DNA of 64,000 nucleotides from an uncultured Myxococcales bacterium (lineage in GTDB: Bacteria; Myxococcota; UBA727; JABDBI01): contig CAYJDW010000004.1 in the NCBI GenBank assembly GCA_964368985.1, positions 3,046 to 67,045 of the forward strand, given 5' to 3'. Within the stretch, counting starts at the first letter, position 1, and each line of letters starts with the position of its first letter. The notes beneath the pieces are model-generated. The model searched no databases and was not told the DNA's origin. It worked only from the letters and a program-made list of their open reading frames with translations. Positions 10,551 through 17,901 of the stretch are shown here, one piece after another. The position numbers and the translations under genes are program-made.

Positions 10551-11485
10551 TAGTTGCCATCAACTTGGCAATCAATCTTTTCTCTCAATTGCTCCATCTC
10601 AAGGCGAAGTTTTAAGCCATTCTCAGTCAGGGTCAAATTATAAGGGCGGCCATTGAACAAAAAGGCAGGCGTGCCGAGGAGTTTTAGATCGTTCATGGCA
10701 TGGTCACGATGACCTTTAACTTTTTTGGCGATGTCATCACGCTTGAGGTCTTTTTCAAACTGCGCCATTTTCTGTACATCAAACAGCTTTTGAGCAAGCT
10801 CTTTAATGGCGGCATCGCTTAAAGGACCCTCATGGGTGAACAATAAATCGTGCATCTCCCAAAACTTTCCTTGCAAGCCTGCAGCCTCAGCAGCAATAGC
10901 AGCCCTTTCAGCGTTCGGATGAGCGCTGAGGGGAAAATGCATAAAATAAAGTTGGACTTTTTGGTCGTTATTTTTCACTAGATTGGAGATCGCAAGGTGC
11001 GCAACACGGCAAGCCGGGCATTCAAAATCAGCAAATTCGATAATAGTTAAGGGTGCATTTTTATTGCCTTTTTGATAGGCACCATCGGTTTTTACCTGAA
11101 GCGGTGTCGCGAGGTAGCCACTGCTTATTTCCTCTGTCAAACCCTGAAAAACATAGCGTTCAGGATGCCCCAATTTAAGTTGATCCGCGGCCCATTGGGC
11201 CAGCATAATCCCTGGCTTACAGCCTTTTTCCATGAGAAGGCATTGAGCAAAAGTTTTTGGGCAAGCGCAGGGACAAATCTCATCATTGAAAAGTTTTGTG
11301 AGCCCACCGAGCTGCTCTTTACTTAAATCGGCGAGATTGAGCGTAGGAAATTCAGTGATTTGGTTTTTCACTGCGGGCACTTCGCTCGGGGCTTCGTGCA
11401 AAACTGGTTTTTCTTCTTTTTTATTGCAGCCTTTATTGGTGCAGGAGACAAGGCATAGGCTGAGGGCTAAATAATATAAGTTCAT
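10550..11485 (-). CDS. DsbA-family thiol:disulfide oxidoreductase lipoprotein
   Basis: Lipobox LVSC at the N-terminus and a thioredoxin-fold active site FECPACR. 311 aa. Confidence 0.8.
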   Translation of the reverse strand: MNLYYLALSLCLVSCTNKGCNKKEEKPVLHEAPSEVPAVKNQITEFPTLNLADLSKEQLGGLTKLFNDEICPCACPKTFAQCLLMEKGCKPGIMLAQWAADQLKLGHPERYVFQGLTEEISSGYLATPLQVKTDGAYQKGNKNAPLTIIEFADFECPACRVAHLAISNLVKNNDQKVQLYFMHFPLSAHPNAERAAIAAEAAGLQGKFWEMHDLLFTHEGPLSDAAIKELAQKLFDVQKMAQFEKDLKRDDIAKKVKGHRDHAMNDLKLLGTPAFLFNGRPYNLTLTENGLKLRLEMEQLREKIDCQVDGN

Positions 11486-11657
11486 GCTGTAAATTCCTTA
11501 TCGCCAGGGGTGAAACACCAGGCTTGCACCATCTAAAAAGGCTTACCATGACAGTATCGGTGCTTTTTTTAAAGATGTTGTGGCAAGGAAAAATTCGGGG
11601 TGGCCTGGGTTTATAGGAGCTTGTCAACTCCAATTGAGCGCATTAGAAAGCCCTATA

Positions 11658-12683
11658 ATGAGAAAAATTTTAGCATTTGAAAGCAGTTGTGATGACACCG
11701 CCGTGGCCATAATCGATGAGCAGGGCCGCATTCTAAGTGATGTAGTTCATAGTCAAGTGATCGAATATGCCCCTTATGGCGGCGTCGTGCCTGAGGTAGG
11801 CTCGCGTGCCCATATCGAACAAATTTTAGCGACGACGAAGAGGGCGTTGGCAGATGCTCAGCTTAAAGTAGAGGATATCGACGTAGTGGCGGTGACCCTA
11901 GCTCCTGGTTTAATCGGTCCTTTGTTGGTGGGAGCAAACTTCGCCAAAGCATTTGCTCTTGCGCGCGGCATCCCTTTGATTGGGGTGCACCATATCGCAG
12001 GCCATGTTTTAGCTGGTTTTAGCGAGCCTGGCTTTCCAAAAAGTCCTTTTATGGCCTTGATTGCTTCGGGGGGGCATAGTGCTATTTATCATTGTCACGA
12101 GGATTATCGCATTAGCCTCGTGGGCGAAACGCTTGACGATGCGGCGGGTGAAGCTTTCGATAAAATAGGAAGAGCTTTAGGCTTAGGTTATCCTGCCGGC
12201 AAAAAGATGGATCAATTGGCACGGGGTGGGGATCCTACCCGTTTTTCTTTTCCTATCGCCATGCGCAAAGAGGCACATTTTAACTTCTCATTTTCCGGAT
12301 TAAAAACTCAAGCCATTCAGTGTATTCGAGAACAATCTCCCTTTAGCGAGGCAACGCTTGCAGATATTTGTGCTGGGGTGGAAGCCGCCATCGCACAAGC
12401 CTTGACGGAACGAACTCTGCGCGCACTTTTAGCCTCAGGTCTCAAGCGCTTGGTTATTGGCGGCGGGGTAGCGGCCAATACCGGCTTACGCACCTTATTT
12501 GAAAAAGAATGCGCTAAAGCAGGTTTTGAACTTTATTTGCCGCCCAAGCGTTTATGTACCGATAACGCCGTAATGATTGCTCGAGCAGCTCTCCTAGATC
12601 TTAAACATGGCCGTTCAAGTCCACTGACCACTGATGTTAGAGCAAACCTTCCGGTCGATCAGGCACGGGTGCTTACGGAATAA
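11658..12683 (+). CDS. tsaD: tRNA N6-adenosine threonylcarbamoyltransferase TsaD
   Basis: MRKILAFESSCDDTAVA..., GVHHIAGH and GGVAAN motifs. The ATG at 11658 is preferred over the upstream alternative start at 11580. Confidence 0.93.
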   Translation: MRKILAFESSCDDTAVAIIDEQGRILSDVVHSQVIEYAPYGGVVPEVGSRAHIEQILATTKRALADAQLKVEDIDVVAVTLAPGLIGPLLVGANFAKAFALARGIPLIGVHHIAGHVLAGFSEPGFPKSPFMALIASGGHSAIYHCHEDYRISLVGETLDDAAGEAFDKIGRALGLGYPAGKKMDQLARGGDPTRFSFPIAMRKEAHFNFSFSGLKTQAIQCIREQSPFSEATLADICAGVEAAIAQALTERTLRALLASGLKRLVIGGGVAANTGLRTLFEKECAKAGFELYLPPKRLCTDNAVMIARAALLDLKHGRSSPLTTDVRANLPVDQARVLTE

Positions 12684-12685
12684 TT

Positions 12686-12805
12686 CGCTCAGGTTTGGCT
12701 ATCGCCCAGGCCAATGGAAAGAAGTTAGGGCGCCAAGCCGGGGATAAACCAAAATCGGATAAGTTAGCGTCAGGGGAAAGTTTCGGGGCAAATAACAGTA
12801 TCTAA
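12686..12805 (+). pseudogene. serine recombinase (resolvase/invertase) fragment
   Basis: The frame reads RSGLAIAQANGKKLGRQAGDKPKSDKLASGESFGANNSI*. It resembles the resolvase E-helix/linker (xGLxxAxAxGKxLGRPxG). There is no catalytic domain upstream (tsaD ends at 12683) and no HTH downstream. Confidence 0.5.
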
Positions 12806-13017
12806 TAATGTGATCAAATCTAATCTTAGCTGCTCAAATCTAATCCTTTCTTGCAGGCCAAAGAATTTGAAAACACCTTACGTTCGTAAGAAATATTATT
12901 TTTCCAAGTGTCAATTTTATAACTTTGGTATTAATTTCTCTATATTTGATCCAAAAATCATAAAATAAAAGCGATAAAGCTGTAGTTTTGTTATGACAAA
13001 TAAGGGAGATTATCATT

Positions 13018-13518
13018 ATGAATAAAAGAAATATTATATCCTTATTTGTTGGTGGGTTATCTTTGGTTGCATTGAGCATTGATGCGCACGCAGATAGCAT
13101 TAAAATTAACGTTCCGCCGGCTGATCAGTCCATGTACAGCGAAGGAAGAGAAAGCCGCTGGGTATATTGTGGTGTGGTTGATGGGAAAAAACGTGATGAC
13201 GAAAATCGACCACTTTTTGTTCAAGTTGTTAAAGTCGAGGTGCCCAGGGAACAAGTGTCTGTAGAGATCGAACGAGACAAAATTCCCGCGGGCCCTATTG
13301 TATACCCTATTCCTCAAGCAGATGGAACTATAGCTCCAGGCGCTATGGGACAAAATAGTCGTGGTAGGCTTGAAAAAGGTGAAGGATTTTTTTGTTTATA
13401 TAATAGACAATGGGAAGGAAGATCAATATCTTTCATAGGATTAAGCGTAGAACAGAATGTGAAAGAAATAACTTTTAAAAGTGTTGATAATAGAGATGTG
13501 AAACAAGTGATCTATTAA
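13018..13518 (+). CDS. secreted hypothetical protein
   Basis: 166-aa ORF with AAGGGAG 8 nt upstream of the ATG and a signal peptide (...LVALSIDAHA|DS). AT-rich context. Confidence 0.6.
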   Translation: MNKRNIISLFVGGLSLVALSIDAHADSIKINVPPADQSMYSEGRESRWVYCGVVDGKKRDDENRPLFVQVVKVEVPREQVSVEIERDKIPAGPIVYPIPQADGTIAPGAMGQNSRGRLEKGEGFFCLYNRQWEGRSISFIGLSVEQNVKEITFKSVDNRDVKQVIY

Positions 13519-13774
13519 TAGTTAGTGTTTAATAAATATGTCACGCGTAGGGCTTTGCCAATAGGCATTTTACTGGATGGCCACGCCCTACGGGCTCGCC
13601 ATGATGAAAGGAATCATGGATCCAAGAAAAATGCCCGCTGGGCAGTAGCTTCGGGCAATCCTGCGCAAGGAACTCCCATAGTCGGTTAGGATTTTTTGAA
13701 ACTAGAAGGGCAATAAATATAATAAATAAAGCAACTGCTATATAATCAGTAAATGCTATGCGGGGGGCATTTAC

Positions 13775-14626
13775 ATGAAAAAATATTTGCTTTTAATGAT
13801 ATCTTTATTGGTTCTTTTATTTATTGGGGGAGCCTGCTCCAAAAAAAATGAAATCGGTCCCGACTGTAACATAAATGGGGCCTGCAGTGAAAATGAAGCC
13901 CCTATTGATTCGGCAAATATCGTGCCTGGCATAGGTGCCTCCGACAAATTCGTCGATTGCGAGCCAGGAAAAGTTTGTAGTTGCCAAGGAGCGGGCTGCG
14001 CCCTTTTATGTGAGAAAGCTGGAACCTGTTCGTGCGCCAGCCAGAATTGTAAAATCCTTTGTGCCGATCAATCACATTGCTCATGTAGTGGTGAGCGCTG
14101 TTCCATCGATTGTGTCGAGGGCGCCGGCTCTTGCAAATGTACCGGCAAAGACTGCCAAGTGATCAAACACGATACCTGTGCGCCAGGGCAAAAATGCAGT
14201 TGTAGCGAGGAGGATTGCTCAGTGGAGTGCGGGGTCGGTGGCGATTGCACTTGCTCAGGTGCTGGTTGCACCACAATCTGTGCCGCGGAAGCCTCTTGCA
14301 ATTGCACCGGAGAAAATTGCGGAGTTTTGTGCGTCGAAGGTGGCAAATGCAAATGCGAAGGTCCGAGGTGCCTAAATATGCCAATTGGAACCTGCAAGGA
14401 TGGTCAAAAAAGTTGTACTTGCGATAAGGCGACTTGTTTAGTTAGCTGCATCCCAGGAGCGGCGTGCTCGTGTTCAGGGGAAAAATGTTCAATTATTTGT
14501 GACAGCGCTTCTACCTCATGCTCATGCACCGGCAAAGAATGCATCGTTGGCGGCTGTCCTGCCAACGACAAACGCTGCTCTTGCACAGGTCCTGGCTGCT
14601 TAGTGGTGGACGGCTTGAGCCCTTAG
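13775..14626 (+). CDS. cysteine-ladder repeat lipoprotein (CxCxGxxCxxxC units)
   Basis: 283 aa. Signal peptide with a GGAC lipobox-like site, followed by about 13 units of a 17-21 aa repeat (e.g. CSCQGAGCALLCEKAGT, CSCSGERCSIDCVEGAGS). Roughly one residue in five is Cys. Confidence 0.75.
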   Translation: MKKYLLLMISLLVLLFIGGACSKKNEIGPDCNINGACSENEAPIDSANIVPGIGASDKFVDCEPGKVCSCQGAGCALLCEKAGTCSCASQNCKILCADQSHCSCSGERCSIDCVEGAGSCKCTGKDCQVIKHDTCAPGQKCSCSEEDCSVECGVGGDCTCSGAGCTTICAAEASCNCTGENCGVLCVEGGKCKCEGPRCLNMPIGTCKDGQKSCTCDKATCLVSCIPGAACSCSGEKCSIICDSASTSCSCTGKECIVGGCPANDKRCSCTGPGCLVVDGLSP

Positions 14627-14640
14627 CCCCGAGGAAAAAG

Positions 14641-14672
14641 GCTCGTGCCAAAAATTTTCTCAAGGCACGAGC
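14641..14672. terminator. bidirectional hairpin between convergent genes
   Basis: gctcgtgcc-N14-ggcacgagc, a 9-bp stem between the stops at 14626 (+) and 14682 (-). Confidence 0.5.
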
Positions 14673-14681
14673 TCTCCAAAA

Positions 14682-15332
14682 TTATATATTTAAACGAACA
14701 TAAAATGCGCCATCAGCCCCATGAACTCCATGGGCATAAGATATTTCTTTAATGTATTTTTGAAATAGATTTTCTTGTGTCCAAAGAAGAAAATGATACT
14801 TAATTAAACCAACTTCTGTTCCGTCACTTAAGTATTCAACATTTTTACTGTGCTGACCTTTTCCGGTAATAATTAAAACAAATTTCTTCCCTAATTTGGA
14901 GGCATCTTCTAAAAATGCAGTGATTAGTTCTTTGGCTCGATTTACTCTTTTACCATGTAGATCAAGCTCATCCTCTGGTGAAAACTTGTAATCTGTAGGC
15001 AGCAAAGGGCTGTTGCTTAGATTTTTAACAGCAGTGGTTGATGATGCAGGTTTCGAATCATCAGAGGGATGAGCAGGTCGGCGAAGGTTAGCTGAAAGCT
15101 TCTCAATGCACTGTTTAATCCATTCATTTTTTAAAAGACCGTCAGCTTTCAGCGCAGAACTTCGCCCTGTATTTATTTCAGTCTTGCGAGCTTTTTCCCA
15201 TTGCACATCGCACCCAGTGCGAGGGGCAGAGGCCTTGTTTTCCAAGCTTGATAAGTCAGGATTTTCACACGCTAGTATCGCATGGGGAATTACCAGAGTG
15301 AAGAAGAGGTTAAATAATAATATTTTATGCAT
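14682..15332 (-). CDS. Smr (small MutS-related) domain lipoprotein
   Basis: C-terminal LDLHGKRVNRAKELITAFLEDA...LIITGKGQHS...GADGAFYVRL matches the Smr pattern (LDLHG...IIHGKG...GGxGA). N-terminal signal with lipobox ILAC. Confidence 0.7.
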   Translation of the reverse strand: MHKILLFNLFFTLVIPHAILACENPDLSSLENKASAPRTGCDVQWEKARKTEINTGRSSALKADGLLKNEWIKQCIEKLSANLRRPAHPSDDSKPASSTTAVKNLSNSPLLPTDYKFSPEDELDLHGKRVNRAKELITAFLEDASKLGKKFVLIITGKGQHSKNVEYLSDGTEVGLIKYHFLLWTQENLFQKYIKEISYAHGVHGADGAFYVRLNI

Positions 15333-15495
15333 AGATACTTTCCTGAATAAATTAGTTAACTCATGGATAAAAGTGAATTTTATCTGTTAAATTATGTATT
15401 ATATTAGCTTGGATCAAGCATTGGTTAATATTAGATAAGCTGAAGCCCCATTCGGTAGCTAAAATTCTAAGCGGCCAGAAGGTAAATCCAGGATC

Positions 15496-16683
15496 TTACT
15501 TATCAATTTCCTCAGCACTAATGCCAAGAGAAGTCAGGATCACCGGCAGATCGTTTAGATCCAAATACAGAAGTAAATGGGGAATAGCCTGGGCGATGAA
15601 ATAGGCGGGGCTTCGTAGGTGAAAGGTGATAGCTTGTTCTTCGTCGACGAAGAGGGCCGCTTTAATATCCCCTTCGGGCCCCTCAATTTCTCCGAAAGCA
15701 AATTTTTTTGAGCTGTTTTTGAGAATAATCTCTTTCTCTTCCCTCAGGGGTTTAGGCTCAAGGCCTTCGGTTTTAAAGCGGTTCAGGGTATCTTTCAGCC
15801 ATAGAGCGCTCGATTGAATGTCGCGAATTCTTAAACTTAGGCGGGCCAAAGCGTCGCCGCCTTCAGCAATATTTATTTTAGGCAAAGGACCGTAGTCAAT
15901 GGAGGAGTTGGCGCTCCCTCTTAAATCATAAAAATTTCGATTAGCTCGTATGAATGCGCCGCTTAAGCCTAATGAGCTTGCGAGAGTGAGGTTAATAATA
16001 GCTTTTTTTCTTAGCTGACCCTGAATAGTTTCATATTCAGAACTGATATCCATGTCGTCGATGATTTGTATAATAGCTTCACTTATTTCTAGAAGATCTC
16101 GTGTAGCTAAAGTGCTAAGAGAATTTTGTGGGGTATTATTATTGACAGTACCGAGCATGAGAGCTTCACTTTTTATTAGATTTTTTCCGCTCCGCGCTAG
16201 GTCGAATAAATTATCTGCATTAAGGCTCATAAAAATATCTTTGAGGACGCAAAAATGGTGATATATCCGCGCCACCTCCAAGGCCAGTGCTCTCATTTGT
16301 TTTATTTCTAAACTGGCATCGTAATCTAATAAATTTTCATAAGCCGAGACGAGGGCCAACTGATAAAAAATTGGTGTGCGATGGTTAATTCTTGCAATGC
16401 TATTTATACCTTCAATAAAACTATTCTCAGCAATAATCTGTTCAAGGTCGTGACAGAAATAGCCGCGACTAACCTGACTGTTGATAATCCTCGAGCCAAG
16501 CAATTTAAGTTCCAAACCAATTTTAATAGCCAGGCGATCAAAAAATGGATTTAACGCGTGACTGGCGAGCTGAGTCATGGTGGGGGAGACATTGCTGGTG
16601 CTTGGCGCGGATTGATAAAGTTCTTTCTGCTGAAAGCGCGAAATCAATAAAGTGTTGTCTACGGGAAGAGCTGATCTTTTCAC
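15496..16683 (-). CDS. highly divergent NuoD / [NiFe]-hydrogenase large-subunit-like protein
   Basis: By-eye motif matches to NuoD/Nqo4: RGYFCHDLEQI (cf. IGYLHxGxEK), MRALALEVARIYHHF (cf. IRVIxxELxRIxxHL), GLSGAFIRANRNFYDLR (cf. GLTGxxLRASGVxYDxR), GDALARLSLRIRDIQSS (cf. GDxxxRxxVRxxEMxxS), and the C-terminus LRSPAYFIAQAIP...LTSLGISAEEIDK (cf. RAPSFxNL...SLDxVxGEVDR). The GPQHP motif is absent. GTG start with AGGAG 6 nt upstream. Confidence 0.65.
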   Translation of the reverse strand: MKRSALPVDNTLLISRFQQKELYQSAPSTSNVSPTMTQLASHALNPFFDRLAIKIGLELKLLGSRIINSQVSRGYFCHDLEQIIAENSFIEGINSIARINHRTPIFYQLALVSAYENLLDYDASLEIKQMRALALEVARIYHHFCVLKDIFMSLNADNLFDLARSGKNLIKSEALMLGTVNNNTPQNSLSTLATRDLLEISEAIIQIIDDMDISSEYETIQGQLRKKAIINLTLASSLGLSGAFIRANRNFYDLRGSANSSIDYGPLPKINIAEGGDALARLSLRIRDIQSSALWLKDTLNRFKTEGLEPKPLREEKEIILKNSSKKFAFGEIEGPEGDIKAALFVDEEQAITFHLRSPAYFIAQAIPHLLLYLDLNDLPVILTSLGISAEEIDK

Positions 16684-16692
16684 CTGTCACTC

Positions 16693-17100
16693 CTAGCTTT
16701 CATCTATATCAAATTTAAATTTCTTGCTTATATCGCTTTCAAGCCATCGCGCGCCCGCAAATAGCGAAGCAATACTAGGTATTAAACTTGCGCCTTGATT
16801 ACTTTCGATCACTATATTGACGCGATAAGGCAATTTTAAGCTTTTTAGTTGATAAATTATTTCATGAGTTGATTGGGGATCGATAACGTCATTCTTCCAC
16901 GGTAATAATTTTGTTTTTATAACAATAATTTGATCCAGAAGCGTCAAGCGTGTATCAGGATCATGCTTTAAAAAATAACTCGCGGCATTCAAATGGCTCG
17001 GATCTACTTTTATAAAATAACCCTCAGCCAAGGCAAGATCATCTTGAACAATGAGACTTCCTAGACGCTGGTCAAGAAGAGATTTTAGGCTTTTAAACAT
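16693..17100 (-). CDS. divergent NuoC (30-kDa subunit)-like protein
   Basis: EIIYQLKSLKLPYRVNIVIES..IPSIASLFAGARWLESDISKKFKF parallels the NuoC core (vvYxLxS...rirvkv...PSvxxiwxxAnWxEREvxDmFGixF). 135 aa. It overlaps the upstream ORF by 16 nt. Confidence 0.6.
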   Translation of the reverse strand: MFKSLKSLLDQRLGSLIVQDDLALAEGYFIKVDPSHLNAASYFLKHDPDTRLTLLDQIIVIKTKLLPWKNDVIDPQSTHEIIYQLKSLKLPYRVNIVIESNQGASLIPSIASLFAGARWLESDISKKFKFDIDES

Positions 17101-17480
17101 CGACGAGCCTCAAAAATTAATTGTGCGAGATCAGTTTTATCAAGCAGGCATTGAGAAAGAGTTTTATTGATTTTAAAATTAGTAATAGTGGATGTTGATG
17201 TTTTGTTGTGAATACGATTATCACAGCCATTTATATGCAGTAAAAAACTATTTTTTGGCAAATAAGTTAAATAGGTAGTGATATCGACGGATAATTTGCT
17301 CGAAAGGCTTCCCCAAATCACCAGCATATTCGCTTCAAAAATAGAGGTTGCATCATAACAAAGATGATGTTTGCTCAAATTTTTTCGCGCAAATTCACGA
17401 GCCATATTTGAACAACACGTCGTGCCAAGGATTTGAAAAATATTAACGGGGATAGCCCAAGGAGGCATGAGACTCTTCAT
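17085..17480 (-). CDS. divergent NuoB (PSST / hydrogenase small-subunit)-like protein
   Basis: TTCCSNM, ANMLVIWGSLSSKL, INGCDN and SQCL line up with NuoB CCxxEM, ADxMxVAGTxxxKM, GxCAxxGG and PGCPP. All four N2-cluster Cys positions appear retained. The ATG at 17480 forms an ATGA overlap with the upstream stop. Confidence 0.6.
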   Translation of the reverse strand: MKSLMPPWAIPVNIFQILGTTCCSNMAREFARKNLSKHHLCYDATSIFEANMLVIWGSLSSKLSVDITTYLTYLPKNSFLLHINGCDNRIHNKTSTSTITNFKINKTLSQCLLDKTDLAQLIFEARRCLKA

Positions 17481-17779
17481 ATTTTTCTGCCCGATTTTTT
17501 TCTCCACCACCAAAACAAGAAAGGCGTGAATAGAGCGGAGATTATTATGGTGTTTTGTTTGTCATGAAGAGATAAATTTTGTGATATTAACAGAAATAAT
17601 AAAGACACCCAAAGGTTAAAAAATAACATGATGGTTAGCAAAAAATCGTCGGGTAAAATCATGGGTGCAAGAATTTTTTTTAAGGGCATTTCTTTAGATA
17701 GCCATAATCCTCTGAACAAGGCCGCCAGGACAATTAAAATTATTATGATGACGAGACTTAAGATTATTTTTTGTAACAT
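17477..17779 (-). CDS. small three-TM membrane protein in the NuoA position (NuoA-like)
   Basis: ~100 aa with three hydrophobic helices, first gene of the A-B-C-D ordered cluster. Sequence similarity to NuoA is weak. The start is uncertain (ATG at 17779, or TTG at 17815 as in the ORF track). Confidence 0.45.
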   Translation of the reverse strand: MLQKIILSLVIIIILIVLAALFRGLWLSKEMPLKKILAPMILPDDFLLTIMLFFNLWVSLLFLLISQNLSLHDKQNTIIISALFTPFLFWWWRKKSGRKI

Positions 17780-17901
17780 TGATTGACCCGGGATTTGGCA
17801 AATATCGTTACCCAAAATGGTGATAAGATTAATATAACAGGCTCTGGCTTAGCTGATAGTGGCTCTTCGTGATTTTTTTATTTTATTACCCGGGAGGGGC
17901 G

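Noticed and set aside
12840-13100. An 86-aa hydrophobic ORF on the minus strand in the AT-rich spacer.
   Set aside because: It overlaps the RBS and start of the better-supported 13018-13518 gene. AT-rich DNA readily yields I/L/F/K-rich ORFs.
13902-14586. Multiple 60-109-aa ORFs in other frames and on the other strand of the Cys-ladder gene.
   Set aside because: They are artefacts of repeat composition. Only the 13775-14626 frame has a signal peptide and the regular Cys pattern.
15496-17815. Annotating the cluster as the 5' end of a genuine NADH:quinone oxidoreductase (nuoA-D) operon.
   Set aside because: The sequences are far too divergent: the GPQHP motif is lost, the NuoC-like protein is only 135 aa and the NuoB-like protein only 131 aa. 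No nuoE-N genes follow. I therefore call them Nuo-like rather than nuo.
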